Assembly (NCBI RefSeq): GCF_905237065.1
Contig: NC_059464.1
Span: forward strand, 3,047,803 to 3,111,802
Direction: 5' to 3'
DNA length: 64,000 nucleotides
Origin: Salmo salar
Taxonomy: Eukaryota
Below, piece by piece: positions 22,871 through 34,962 of the stretch; the first letter of the stretch is position 1, and every line of letters starts with the position of its first letter. Made by a program: the position numbers and the translations under genes. The notes under the pieces were generated by a model. It did no database searches, was not told the origin of the DNA, and saw only the letters and a list, made by a program, of their open reading frames with translations.

Positions 22871-24483
22871 ACTGTGGGCCCACAGAAAGGCGGTCAGTCA
22901 TGGTAGGATTACCGGCAGCAACCGATGCTCCCTGTTACCTAAGCTCAGCAACACAGGAGGATATGCAAATGAGGCCACAAAGACCAGGGTGGTTTTCCAA
23001 TGCCTCGTAAAAGAAGAGCACCTATTGGTAGATGGGTAAACAAAAAAAGACACATTGAATATCCTTTTGAGCATGGTGAAATTATGAATTACACTTTGGA
23101 TGGTGTATCACTACACCCAGTCTGCCAGTGTCTCGAACTCTCTCCGCACCTCAGATCCGGCTGGCTCCTTGATCGTTACTACAACAGTGGCTCACCTTTC
23201 TCTCAGTGTAGAGGAAGCAGTATGCTGAGAGAGCCCATCGCTGGCAGAGAGAGTGGGTGAGCCACTGCCAAAGCAGCGGTCACGGTTCCAGTGGGGCCAG
23301 AGAGAAAAGTACTAGCAAGAGGCAAGGGAGCTGGGGGGGGGGGGGGCAGAGCAGACATTGAATGCAAGGAGTGAACTCCCGGCGTGGAGGAGACAGGGGT
23401 AATGAGAGAGAGCAGGGGAGAGGGACATGCTCCTATGTTTAGGTATTAGAATGAGAGGGGGAAAGAGAAAGTCTGGCCTGCTGGGGGGAGCTGTAGCTGC
23501 AGGGATGCCAAGTCCTAATCTCTGGATGCTGGGAGAGAAGCCGGAGCTGGTTTGGGGGCCTGATCTGAGGCTTGGACGCCGAGTTGGTGGTGGTGGTGGA
23601 ATAAATATGCGGCAGTGGAGGCAGAAAGGGAATGATGTCATGGTGGCCCCCGGGTGCGTGGTATATTCATGCGGTAGGCAACATGGGTGGAGGTAGATGT
23701 GGTTGTGGTCCCGGCGAGAAGGGAAGCCATAGTCAACCGACCAGAGAGAGTTAGAAGTAGTTTAGTTGAAGAAAAGGGGCATGGAGGTAGAGAGCAATAA
23801 CAAGAGACGGACGCTATGCAAATGACATGAAAATGGCATTTCTAGAGGAGGAAGCCAGTCTGCAGTATGATAGATACTGTAGTATGTGGCTAATATATGG
23901 TTGAAAGGGCAGTAATTAGAGGGGATTGAGTTGTCCCTTTTCGACACAGTAAAATCTGTATTCTCTGTTAGAGCTACAATATACTGGAATGCAATGCACA
24001 TGGACTTGAGAAACTGCACTGATTACTGTACTTAAAAAGAAATTTGAAAACATGGCTCAAATCTATTCAAACCTGTACACGAGGTATCTGTGGTTCCTCA
24101 TGTGTAAGACGACAGTTGATGATAGTGTTGTTGTTGTTGTTAGAATTATATATTGTTGAATGTAATGTATTGGTATTGTATTTGGTATTGTTTTAGTGAC
24201 TATTTGTATAGTGGTTGTGTAATTGTCCTTAGCTGCCCTGGGACTACGGGTGCAAATTATCTTTTGGCTAATCCTGGCATGAATGTTGCGTTATTATAAT
24301 ATTGAGGTTGATTCATGTGCATGCAACGAAATTCTGATGTGTGGCTACCGTCACATGGACTGTGGCAAACACGACCCGGGACAATACTTGAATTAATGAC
24401 ATAATAAAATGTGCCAAGCAGTGCTTTTATCAAATTACTTTTAACATGAAGGAATGAAAGTGGAATTGTATTTTATTTCTTTA

Positions 24484-24700
24484 ACGTTTATTTAACTAGG
24501 CAAGTCAGTTAAGAACAAATTCTTATTTACAATTTACCGAAAGGCCTCCTGCGGGGATGGGGGCTGGGATTAAAATATATATATTTTTAAATGTATTTTA
24601 TTTGATTTATTTAACCTTTATTTAACCAGGTAGGCAAGTTGAGAACAAGTTCTCATTTACAATTGCGACCTGACCAAGATAAAGCAAAGCAGTTCGACAA
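24484..24700. repeat. Fragments of SINE and Tc1 tails (TTTATTTAACTAGGCAAGTCAGTTAAGAACAAATTCTTATTTACAAT...)
   Basis: These match the reverse complement of the SmaI-type SINE 3' domain and a related TTTATTTAACCAGGTAGGCAAGTTGAGAACAAGTTCTCATTTACAA repeat. Confidence 0.4.
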
Positions 24701-24710
24701 CATACAACAA

Positions 24711-26270
24711 CACATATACACTGCTCAAAAAAATAAAGGGAACACTTAAACAACACAATGTAACTCCAAGTCAATCACACTTCTGTGAAATCAAACTGTC
24801 CACTTAGGAAGCAACACTGATTGACAATACATTTCACATGCGGTTGTGCAAATGGAATAGACAACAGGTGTAAATTATAGGCAATTAGCAAGACACCCCC
24901 AATAAAGGAGTGGTTCTGCAGGTGGAGACCACAGACCTCAGTTCCTATGCTTCCTGGCTGATGTTTTGGTCACTTTTGAATGCTGGCGGTGCTTTCACTC
25001 TAGTGGTAGCATGAGACGAAGTCTACAACCCACACAAGTGGGTCAGGTAGTGCAGCTCATCCAGGATGGCACATCAATGCGAGCTGTGGCAAGAAGGTTT
25101 GCTGTGTCTGTCAGCGTAGTGTCCAGAGCATGGAGGCGCTACCAGGAGACAGGCCAGTACATCAGGAGACGTGGAGGAGGCCGTAGGAGGGCAACAACCC
25201 AGCAGCAGGACCGCTACCTCCGCATTTGTGCAAGGAGGAGCAGGAGGAGCACTGCCAGAGCCCTGCAAAATGACCTCCAGCAGGCCACAAATGTGCATGT
25301 GTCTGCTCAAACGGTCAGAAACAGACTCCATGAGGGTGGTATGAGGGCCCGACGTCCACAGGTGGGGGTTGTGCTTACAGCCCAACACCGTGCAGGACGT
25401 TTGGCATTTGCCAGAGAACACCAAGATTGGCAAATTCGCCACTGGCGCCCTGTGCTCTTCACAGATGAAAGCAGGTTCACACTGAGCACATGTGACAGAC
25501 GTGACAGAGTCTGGAGACACCGTGGAGAACGTTCTGCTGCCTGCAACATCCTCCAGCATGACCGGTTTGGCGGTGGGTCAGTCATGGTGTGGGGTGGCAT
25601 TTCTTTGGGGGGCCGCACAGCCCTCCATGTGCTCGCTAGAGGTAGCCTGACTGCCATTAGGTACCGAGATGAGATCCTCAGATCCCTTGTGAGACCATAT
25701 GCTGGTGCGGTTGGCCCTGGGTTCCTCCTAATGCACAGGAGCTAGACCTCATGTGGCTGGAGTGTGTCAGCAGTTCCTGCAAGAGGAAGGCATTGATGCT
25801 ATGGACTGGCCCGCCCGTTCCCCAGACCTGAATCCAATTGAGCACATCTGGGACATCATGTCTCGCTCCATCCACCAACGCCACGTTGCACCACAGACTG
25901 TCCAGGAGTTGGCGGATGCTTTAGTCCAGGTCTGGGAGGAGATCCCTCAGGAGACCATCCGCCACCTCATCAGGAGCATGCCCAGGCGTTGTAGGGAGGT
26001 CATACAGGCACGTGGAGGCCACACACACTACTGAGCCTCATTTTGACTTGTTTTAAGGACATTACATCAAAGTTCGATCAGCCTGTAGTGTGGTTTTCCA
26101 CTTTAATTTTGAGTGTGACTCCAAATCCAGACCTCCATGGGTTGATACATTGGATTTCCATTGATTATTTTTGTGTGATTTTGTTGTCAGCACATTCAAC
26201 TATGTAAAGAAAAAAGTATTTAATAAGATTATTTCATTCATTCAGATCTCAGATTTTTTGAGCAGTGTAT
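24711..26270 (+). mobile_element. Nearly intact Tc1-like transposon (1.56 kb) with both ITRs (TACACTGCTCAAAAAA ... TTTTTTGAGCAGTGTATA)
   Basis: ORF 24966-25745 (259 aa) covers the N-terminal domain and the DDE region (...[52 protein letters not shown]...). ORF 25753-26034 is the C-terminus (...[49 protein letters not shown]...). The two are separated by an apparent single frameshift or stop near 25745. Confidence 0.85.
24966..26034 (+). pseudogene. Tc1-like transposase, about 340 aa, disrupted by one frameshift
   Basis: This is the pair of ORFs described in the previous entry. Confidence 0.7.
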
Positions 26271-26279
26271 AGGCAGATG

Positions 26280-26700
26280 TTCTGACTTTATACACTGCAC
26301 TCTGAGAGGTAACTACTCTCTTTGAGAGAGGTAGTTAGCAAACAAGGCCAAAGACCCCTCAGAGACACCAATACTCCTTAGCTGACCCACAAGAATGGAA
26401 TGGTCTACCATATCAAAAGCTTTGGCCAAGTCAATACAAATTACAGCACAACATTGCTTAGAATCAAGGGCAATGGTGACAACATTGAGGACCTTTAAGT
26501 TTGCAGTGACACATCCATAAACTGAGCGAAAACCAGATTGCATACCAGAGAGAATACTATAGACATCAGAAAGCCAGTCAGTTGATTATTATCAAGTTTT
26601 CCCAATACTTTTGATAAACAGGGCAAAAGAGAAATTGGCCTATAATGGTTAGGATCAGCTTGATCTCCCCCTTTAAATAAAGGACGCACTGTGGCTGCCT
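26280..26700 (-). mobile_element. LINE RT fragment of the RSg-1-like family, the same family as 38226-40690
   Basis: Minus ORFs 26495-26689 (...DQADPNHYRPISLLPCLSKVLGKLDNNQLTGFL) and 26313-26543 (MQSGFRSVYGCVTANLKVLNVVTIALDSKQCCAVICIDLAKAFDMVDHSILVGQLRSIGVSEGSLALFANYLSQRE). Confidence 0.6.
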
Positions 26701-26739
26701 TCCAAGCAATGGGAACCTCCCCAGAGAGAAGAGACAGGT

Positions 26740-27850
26740 TGAAGCTGTTGATTGTGGTCAGTGGAATTTTGTCCCACTCCTCTTCAATGGCTGTGCGAAG
26801 TTTCTGGATATTGGCAGGAACAGGAACACGCTGTTGTACACGGTGATCCAGAGCATTGTTACGTTCCCCAGTTTCTGTGTTGTGGTTTGTGTATTTTCAT
26901 GTATGTATTTCAGGAAATGGGTTCCTGAAATTCCCCCAAGCAGCTGATTGGTCAGCCCCTATTGCTAATTGGAGAGCTGACTCCACCCCCTCGTCAGGAC
27001 GCAGCTGTCTCCAATTACCAACTCCTTCTGAAGCTATATAAGCCAGTGTTCTGTTGCTCAGAGAGGAGAAGGGAAGAGATGAGGGCTGAGAGAGAGGAGG
27101 CTGAGGGCTGAGAGAGAGGAGGCTGAGGGCTGAGAGAGAGGAGGCTGAGGGTTATTATGTTGGTTGTTGCTAACAGACATGAGTGTCCTGTGTTGATTGT
27201 TTCTGGGGAGCTGATTGTTAAATTCTGTGTTGTTCAGAGTTTTGTTAAGTATTGTGTAGTAGCTGATTGGTTAAGTCTGTTGTGTGTCAATAGGACGCAG
27301 TGTTTCGATTATTGAAATTGTTTGTGTTATTCTGTTTCATTTGTTCCCAGGGGGGAAGAGGAAGGCACCTAGGGAGTGCTTAGGCAAGAGGCCCGCGGGC
27401 ATACATAACCCATAGTAGTTTACGGTCTATGCACACTAGGAAAGACCTGGGCGGACCATCCCCTGTATTTTGGTTAGTGCACCAGGTGGTGCTAGTTAGG
27501 TAAGTAGTGGGTAGGCAGGTAAGGTAGGAGAGGGGGCTTTGATATTTACTTTCTTTGCTTTGGTTCCATCCAGCCCCTTTTCCCCAAAATAAATTCCCTG
27601 TAAACGGTAAATCTCTGCCTTTGTCATCCTTACTCACACCTACAGTCCATACCTCTTTCACATCACGGAGAGTTGAGTTGTAGCAGGGTGTTGCGTTCCC
27701 TCTTCCGAGAGGCGTGCATAACAAGCATCCCAATCACGATGGTGAGTATGCAGGACATGAAAGAAAATGTTCAGCTTCCAGCAATCGTGTACAGATCCTT
27801 GCGACATGATGCCGTGCATTATCATGCTGAAATGTGAGGTGATGGCAGTG
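26740..27850 (-). mobile_element. Tc1-like transposase C-terminal fragment of the 53001-54223 family, interrupted by a solo LTR
   Basis: The reverse complement of 26740-26856 encodes ...RVQQRVPVPANIQKLRTAIEEEWDKIP. Sequence at 27724-27850 continues the same element (...GCATCCCAATCACGATGGTGAGTATGCAGGACATG...CGTGTACAGATCCTTGCGACATG). Confidence 0.6.
26857..27723. mobile_element. Solo LTR, 867 bp, TGTTACGTTCC...ATAACA, with a 5-bp target-site duplication AGCAT
   Basis: AGCAT lies at 26852-26856 and again at 27724-27728, and the Tc1 sequence is continuous across them. Inside are a TATA-like CTATATAAGCC near 27037, a 23-bp tandem unit (GGCTGAGAGAGAGGAGGCTGAGG, about 3.5 copies, 27060-27140), and AATAAA near 27590. 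The termini resemble those of the LTRs at 14677 and 17686. Confidence 0.6.
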
Positions 27851-27854
27851 GATG

Positions 27855-27925
27855 AATGGCATTCACTACTGTAAGTCGCTCTTGATAAGAGCGTCTGCTA
27901 AGTGACTAAAATGTAAAACGCTATA
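27855..27925 (+). repeat. SINE/LINE 3'-tail fragment (CATTCACTACTGTAAGTCGCTCTTGATAAGAGCGTCTGCTAAGTGACTAAAATGTAAA)
   Basis: Read directly. It is the same tail unit found at 8617-8690. Confidence 0.5.
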
Positions 27926-28809
27926 TATCCAATTCCAGGAATGTTGGTAAATTAGCTTTTATTGTTTAAATAAATTATGAAAGACATTGGTGTGTTTTTC
28001 CATTATATAATCATGGAATGGGGTTGTTCAATGGCAGACATGTATTTGTTTAAAATCTATTTCTTGATGGTTTCATTTCCGAGACAAATAATATATATTT
28101 TTTGCTAAATGCTATACTGTATATCTGCCTCAATCACAGAGAAATAAGTAGTACGGCTAGGTTTTACACAGTGAAATGTAACAAATAACGACATTTTTGA
28201 CAAGGAAATGTACAAATTATACATTTGGGACTGTCACGGATCCCCCCGGTACTGCTGCTCATTCCGTTCACCAGCTCTGGAGGTAGACTTGAGACGGAGA
28301 CAACAAAGTGTGTTTAAAAAATCGTCAAAGACTAATTATTTTAACCTAAAGCATTTAATAAAGACATTTATATTACCATATTATGGGAAATGGGAATGAG
28401 AGGGCTACTTACACTGTGTTGGAAAGGGATCACAGCAGTGATTGAATGAGGGTATGAGGCATGAAAGGGTTTCTTCAACAAAATGTCCACAACATTTTCG
28501 GCAGCGTTGGCTATTCTACCATTCTGGCGCAGAAAAGCTGGTACAGTAGATAGCTAGGCAAATTTTAATAAATTGAACTAACTGGACACAAAAATAAAGT
28601 TCTAAAACCAAGAAAACAATTTATAATATACCTCAGTCTCCTGTAATTTGAAAAAACTAATTTGAATTGAACAATATCCCAAAAATGCTTAACTATCACT
28701 TTTCACTCTTAATCTCTATCCAACAATGTCACCAAGCTTCTCAACACATAGAATCCTCATAACACTCTGTGGCACAATCCCAATACAACTCAATAGGTTC
28801 ATTCTCTGC

Positions 28810-29215
28810 TCCTAATTATATGATTGGATGGACAACATGTAATTTCATACTGCAAATACTTTGATTGGTTGGAGGACGTCCTCTGGAAGTAGTCATAATT
28901 ACCATGTATGTCTATGGAAGGGGGTGAGGCCTACGAGCCTCCTAGGTTTTGTATTGAAGTCAATGTAGCCAGAGGAGGACGGAAGCTAGCTGTCCTCCGG
29001 CTGTACCATGGTGCTACCCCAGTCAGTGCTGTTGAAGTTACTGTAGACCTTCATTGCAAAAAAAAAATGTTATTTAATCAATTATTTGGTGACATGAATA
29101 TATTTAATATAGCTTTATCTAAAAGCGCTATCTTTTTTAATGTTCCACTATTTTTATTTTTATGAAATTTCACTGAGGATGGTCCTCCCCTTCCTCCTCT
29201 GTGGAGCCTCCACTG
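28810..29215. repeat. Dispersed repeat copy B, the same family as 2380-2655
   Basis: It shares the 3' end (...TTCACTGAGGATGGTCCTCCCCTTCCTCCTCTGTGGAGCCTCCACTG) and internal blocks with copy A. Confidence 0.5.
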
Positions 29216-29549
29216 TTGTGTATGTTTATTGATACAGTAACTATTATTCAGCATGGGATTAAAACTCACAACCTCTTGGTTCACAGCATTCCGATGTTTC
29301 TGCTACGAATTTACGTCTGTCAATAACTGCTTTCAGCTGTATACCTACGCTTTGGACTTCAAAGTACATCTCAGCTTTGTTAAAAATACACTCAAGAAAA
29401 ACTATTATATGTATCATAGTTATTCAGGAGTAACATTGAAACAGAATAATATACCCCACTAACATTAGACAACTATACAGAAAACCCTAAAATTGCTGAA
29501 ATAAGTAAATTAAATAAATGATGAGAAAATAGTCAGATGAACTGATAAC

Positions 29550-30334
29550 TAAACTGAAGAAAAATATAAACGCAACATGCAACAATTTTAACGATTTTAC
29601 TGAGTTACAGTTAATGTAAGGAATTCATTAGGACCTAATCTATGGATTTCACATGACTGGGCAGGGGCACAGCCATGGGTGGGCCTGGGAAGGCAGGGGC
29701 ACAGCCATGGGTGGGCCTGGGAAGGCAGAGGCCCACCCACTTGGGAGCCAGGCCCACCCACTGAGGAGCCAGGCCCAGCCAGTTTTTCCCCCAAAAAGGG
29801 CTTTATTACAGACAGAAATACTCCTCAGCTTCATCAGCTGTCCTGGTGGCTGGTCTCAGACGATCCCGCAGGTGAAGAAGCCCGATGTGGTCCTGGGCTG
29901 GTGGGTTACAAGTGGCCTGCGGTTGTGAGGCCGGTTGGACGTACTGCCAAATTCTCTAAAATGACGTTGGAGTTGATTTATGGCAGAGAAATTAACATCC
30001 AATCTCTGGCAACAGCTCTGGCGGACATTCCTGCAGTCAGCATGCCAGTTGAAACTTGAGACATCTGTGGCATTGTGTTGTGTGACAAAACTGCACATTT
30101 TAGTGTGGGCTTTTATTGTCCACAGCACAAGTTGCACCTGTATAATTATCATGCTGTTTAATCAGCTTCTTGATATGCCACGGATCATCTTGGCAAAGGA
30201 GAAATGCTCACTAACAGGGATGTAAACAAATTTGCGCACAATTTCTATTTGGGGTTGCATATGGAACATTCCTGGGATCTTTTATTTCAGCTCATGAAAA
30301 ATGGGACAACACATTTATATTTTTGTTCAGTATA
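29550..30334 (-). mobile_element. Internally deleted Tc1-like element of the 53001-54223 family (about 785 bp)
   Basis: The ends are TAAACTGAAGAAAAATATAAACGCAACATGCAAC and ...TTTTTGTTCAGTATA. Minus ORF 29856-30152 gives the transposase N-terminus (...[67 protein letters not shown]). A tandem repeat at 29640-29790 (a 33-bp unit twice, then a 22-bp unit twice) is part of this family's sub-terminal region. Confidence 0.75.
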
Positions 30335-30629
30335 AAATAGTAGTGCAGGTGGCATTATTTTGCTTAGTGCAAAGATATATTATAGGTAATGAATGTGTAG
30401 GGGACTGCTACAGACTTTGTGGCGCAGCAGAAACATCATCGTACCCCAAATCCAAAGGTTGTGAGTTCAGATCCCAGGTGGTGGTGTCTTTTAGCTGATT
30501 AGCGTACCACTTACTTAAAATCACAATTTCATGACTTTACATTTGGATGGTTTGGGACGGTCTGGGACCATTATGTGACGTCCTGATGACCGGTAAAACA
30601 AGTAGTCCTCACCCTAATGGAAAAACCAC

Positions 30630-30960
30630 ATGAATTTCAGGTGATCACGTGTTTCACACGTGATCTTATGTGAAGTTAATGTGATATGTGACAACATGTA
30701 AAGGAACATGTGATAACATGAAACTATGTATTTGACAACATATGAGCACGTGAAAACATGATCTTGTGAAATAAATGTGAAACATGGGGATACAAATATG
30801 AAACCATACATGTGACATGTCAGCACATGTGAAATCATGATCTCAAGTGAAGTGTTCCAAAAACATGTTTGCGAATGATTACATGTGAAATTTAACTTAC
30901 ACATGTTCTCACATGATTTCACATGTGAAATTTCATGTGTGAAGTGTTCCAAAACATGTG
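30630..30960. repeat. Degenerate tandem array rich in CATGTGA / CACGTGA motifs
   Basis: More than 30 copies of [AC]CATGTGA[AC]A-like motifs occur, including the palindromes GTGATCACGTG and CACACGTGATC. The 208-aa minus ORF 30614-31240 is an H/M/C/T-rich artefact of this array. Confidence 0.6.
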
Positions 30961-31210
30961 AAATGCCTTTGAATGGAGTATTGTAGTAGGTGCCAGGCAC
31001 ACCGGTTTGTGTCAAGAACTGCAACGCTGCTGGGTTTTTCGCACTCAATTGTTTCCCATGTATATTTAAGAATGGTCTACCACCCAAAGGACATTCAGCC
31101 AACTTGACACATCTGTGGGAAGCATTGGAGTCGATATGGGTCAGCATCCCTGTGGATGTTTGGTATGCTCTGTATATGCTACTTAGCAATAGTGAGTCCA
31201 TACAGTTTTT
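30960..31210 (+). mobile_element. Deleted Tc1-like derivative, the same family as 22400-22660
   Basis: ORF 30990-31268 reads [58 protein letters not shown], and the nucleotides align to 22430-22560. Confidence 0.5.
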
Positions 31211-31632
31211 GTATGTGATCCCTGTGGGAATTGAACCCACAACCTTAATGCTAGTGCCACTCTTTTAGCAACTTAGTCACAAAAGACCATCAACAGACTA
31301 GACTTGTTGGCTTTGTCACAAGGTAAGGGCCTTGGTTTTCACAGCAATGTGGATGAATTTGCACTTGCTCTGTCCCTGACTCCCTGTCAATAGAATTTCG
31401 GTTACCTCAGAATTTTCTAAACATTGCATTAGCTAGCTTCAAGGATTTACAGAAAATAGGATGGGGTTTTACTTTAGAAACACGACGCGCAAAGGCATCA
31501 ATTTTATTAGGATGGAACAAGCATATTGAGATAATTAGATGGGTAGGGAGAGGGGGGAGAGAGAGAGAGGAGGTAGAGTCTGATTAGTGGTAAATTCAAT
31601 GTTCCGACTGCTATCAAGGGAGAATCCATCAT

Positions 31633-31720
31633 AATGAGGACGTGTGTGTGTGTGTGTGTGAGCGTGTGTGTGTGTGTGTGTATGTGTGTGTGTGAGCGTG
31701 TGAGCGAGAGAGAGACAGAA
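31633..31720. repeat. (GT)n microsatellite interrupted by GAGC
   Basis: Read directly. Confidence 0.9.
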
Positions 31721-32224
31721 TGATGGAGAGGAACATAAAGACAGGGGTGTGAGCCAAACAGTGGGTGGGTGAGAGTGGGCATGCATTTGTTCAGAGGACA
31801 GAGACGAGGGGAAGGGAGCCAGGCTTATACTATTGATTTTCTCCTCTCCTCTCTCTGTCTGGGGGGGGGGGTCTTTCTACATTCATGATGCGTCAGATGT
31901 ATGTAGTAATTGACCTTTCATAGTGATGAAGGTTAATTCATTAACACTGTGTGTGAGGTATCTGTGGGTCTGGTTGAGTTGTGCTATGAGTCTTAACGTC
32001 CTCCTTCATACAAGTCCTGTACTCACTATTCATAACAAGTAGCCTACTGTACTCATTTAGGCTATTACCAGGACATTAGTCTCGCGTTGCCATACCTCTA
32101 AAATCACGTCGTTGTCACGCCTCCTGAAGCCTGGTTCGTGACGAGGCTACCAGGACTAGCTCTCATATCAAAACCGTGTCCCTTCATCCTCCTCCTATAA
32201 CCACCTTCTAACCTTGGCTAGAAG

Positions 32225-32395
32225 CTGCACCACATAGACCGTTTTCTCTGCTACCACACGGCAAGCGTTACCGGAGCGCCAAGTCTAGAACCAAAAGGCT
32301 CCTTAACAGCTTCTACCCCCAAGCCATAAGACTGCTGACTGCTGAACAATTAATCAAATGGCCACCAGACTATTTACTTCTACCCCTTGGGATCC
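32225..32395 (+). mobile_element. LINE 3'-end fragment
   Basis: CTACCACACGGCAAGCGTTACCGGAGCGCCAAGTCTAGAACCAAAAGGCTCCTTAACAGCTTCTACCCCCAAGCCATAAGACTGCTGA... is collinear with 49245-49400 and with the reverse complement of 13000-13200. Confidence 0.55.
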
Positions 32396-32734
32396 CGAGG
32401 ACCGAGTTTGTGAAACGCTGAGATGGATGGAGATGTTGGTCAGTGGGATGGGGAATGCAGTTCATGTTGCCTTACGGCCTCTTGTCACTAAATGTTGACA
32501 TTCACAACTCAACATTATACTTCCAATTTTTTATGATTTCATCTGCACGTTTTAGTCTACGGGCCCTTTTACTTCTCTTGTTCAGCTGATTTGATTGAAT
32601 TCCATATCTTTCATGGTTATTTTAATAACAAATTGATATCTATGTTGGTAATAATATGCCTATGCTACACGAATACCGGCACACAAATATCTAACATTAG
32701 ATATCCTGTTTGTATTGTTGGCATTTTAACCCAA

Positions 32735-32850
32735 ATGGAACCCTATTCCCTACATAATGCACTACTTTTGACCAAAGCCCTATAGGCCTTGGTCAAAAGT
32801 AGTGTACTACATAGGGAATAGGGGGCCATTTGGGACGAACCCATTCACTG
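32735..32850. repeat. Palindromic MITE-like repeat, the same family as 22700-22870
   Basis: The sequence reads CCAAATGGAACCCTATTCCCTACATAATGCACTACTTTTGACCAAAGCCCTATAGGCCTTGGTCAAAAGTAGTGTACTACATAGGGAATAGGGGGCCATTTGGGACG. Confidence 0.6.
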
Positions 32851-34469
32851 CATCCCAAACATGACATACCCTGATAATATTATGAATACAGAAATTCTTC
32901 CATGTTGTTGCATGATGCAACACAGAATTGACTTTAAAAAGTTGTCCCCTCCCTTATATAATTATCCCCTGCCTCCAAAAAGTATTTGATAAAAAAATGA
33001 TTATTATTACCTTATTTATTATTGAGGTGTTTTCCCTGTATTGTTATTTTATGTCATGTTTCTTATATTTGTCTCTTAATGCACGACTGAATGTGTGAAT
33101 GTTAGTTTTTAATGACGTTTCAATGGCTGTATTCGATTATCTTGTTTGCTTTCAACAATTTTTGTTCTTACATTTACATCAGGTGTTCTGTGTACAATAT
33201 GAAAATACATTTGGAACGCACTACTGTATAAGTCTGACTTGGTTTCTATTTTGGGAAATGGGTTGGCTGAGGGAAATCCAGTACTCACTCAATGCTACTG
33301 AAAAGTTCAATATCTCACTCCTACCCCCTGGTGGTTCCATTTCACATTTTAGTCATTTAGCAAACCCTCTGACCATGTTCAACAGTTCTTGCTATCCTGC
33401 ATCCTTCAGATATCCCAACTCTAATGTTAACTCATTGAAGTTGAAATTTACAATGGTTACGATTAGGTAAGGGTAAAGTTAGGGACGTCCCAAGGATTCC
33501 GGATAGCATTAACTCATTTTCAACTGCCCCAGAACAAGTGTCAAGCAACAATCAATAAGACGCTGCTGTTTGCTATGTGACAAACTTTTAAATTAAAAGG
33601 CAACTGGAAACATGAATACAACAACACACATTTAAAAATAATCCCATTTACTGTACATTAGGCTCTGAACTATCAGCGCCACAATAAGTCTTGAAGTCTG
33701 AGGACTTGCTATCAGAGACCATGGTGAGACTCTAATGAAGGCATCCTAAGCTGGTTTGTGTTTTCCAAAAATAAAATTCTCAGATCAGTGCAGACACGGG
33801 GTGCTCCTTTTCCTTAAATGTTCCTGTATAGTCACCTGGGGTAAGGAATGTGTTTTTGGACTCCTAAACCACATGAGTAAAACTCCAGTCCTTAGATTCT
33901 GCACTGCAGTGTCTGTGGGTTTTGGTTCCTTCCTTTTACTTAATGAATCAATGACTGTTATTGGACAAGTTCAAATAGTTTCAAGTGAACATGACCCCGG
34001 CTTTTCATGCAGGTCTAGATCAGACCGTCAATTTTTTTTTTTTTAAGACAGAAAACAAGCAGACTGACTGCGGCTCTCTAGGAATTGTGTTTGACACCAA
34101 TGTCTTCAACCCATGGTTCATCCTCTGCAGTCTCTACGGTCAGCAGGCTCCACCCCTAGAGTCACAAGCAGGAAGTGGATCAATACTACAACACAGCAAA
34201 AGTCAATAACGTCCCTGTAACAGACTGAGCCCCACTGTCCTTTGGATGGGCTGGTGCACAAAAAAACATGCACTACGCGCATACAGTAAAATAAAACATA
34301 CAAATTTAAAAAAGTCTACACGCACACTTGCTGCTTGTTTAAGGTAGTCCATCCCATCTGATGATGACTTCAACTACTGCTTGTGGGTTCGCTGATGACC
34401 GTATAATCAGATGAGGGATGCAAGCTATCTGCCAGACAGAGCACACAAAGGCATGTCCCGTTGAAGCTG

Positions 34470-34962
34470 GTGCAGCCATGGTCATACACTCCCCTCCATA
34501 TGTATTTGGACAGTGAAGCTAAAAAAAAACATTTGTCTCTATACTCCAGCATTTTGGATTTGAGATTATCATACATATGTTTACCGTTTAGAAATGAAAG
34601 CATTTTTGAGGTATCCAATTGTGTTTCATTGCGGCAACTCCCCAAAGGGGTCGGGAGAAGTGAGGATTGGACAAACACACTGCTTCTTATACACACCCGG
34701 AAGTCAGCCGGACCAACGTGTTGGACGGGACACCGTTCGATTGACGACCCTAGTCAGCATGCAGGTGCCCAATCCGCCATAAGACGACGCTGGAGCAAGT
34801 TAAGACAAGGAATTCCCTGCCAAACCTACCCTCCCCTAACCCGGACAGTGCTAGGCCAATTGTGCACCGCCCTTGGAACTCCCGGTCACGGCTGGCTGTA
34901 GTGACACCCCTCTGCACTTCGGGTGAAGTGCCTGAGCAGGACGCGCCACTTGGGAGCTCCGT
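34470..34962 (-). mobile_element. Diverged HpaI-like tRNA-derived SINE
   Basis: The reverse complement begins CGGAGCTCCCAAGTGGCGCGTCCTGCTCAGGCACTTCACCCGAAGTGCAGAGGGGTGTCACTACAGCCAGCCGTGACCGGGAGTTCCAAGGGCGGTGCACAATTGGCC... and is collinear with the SINE at 4969-5442. Confidence 0.5.

Noticed and set aside
29640-29790. A 33-bp and a 22-bp tandem repeat, plus the 23-bp repeat at 27060-27140, as possible CRISPR-like arrays
   Set aside because: This is eukaryotic DNA. The repeats are contiguous with no unique spacers, and they lie inside a Tc1 sub-terminal region and an LTR respectively.
30614-31240. A 208-aa minus ORF
   Set aside because: It spans the CATGTGA repeat array and a Tc1-derived fragment. 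Its H/M/C/T-rich composition comes from the repeat.
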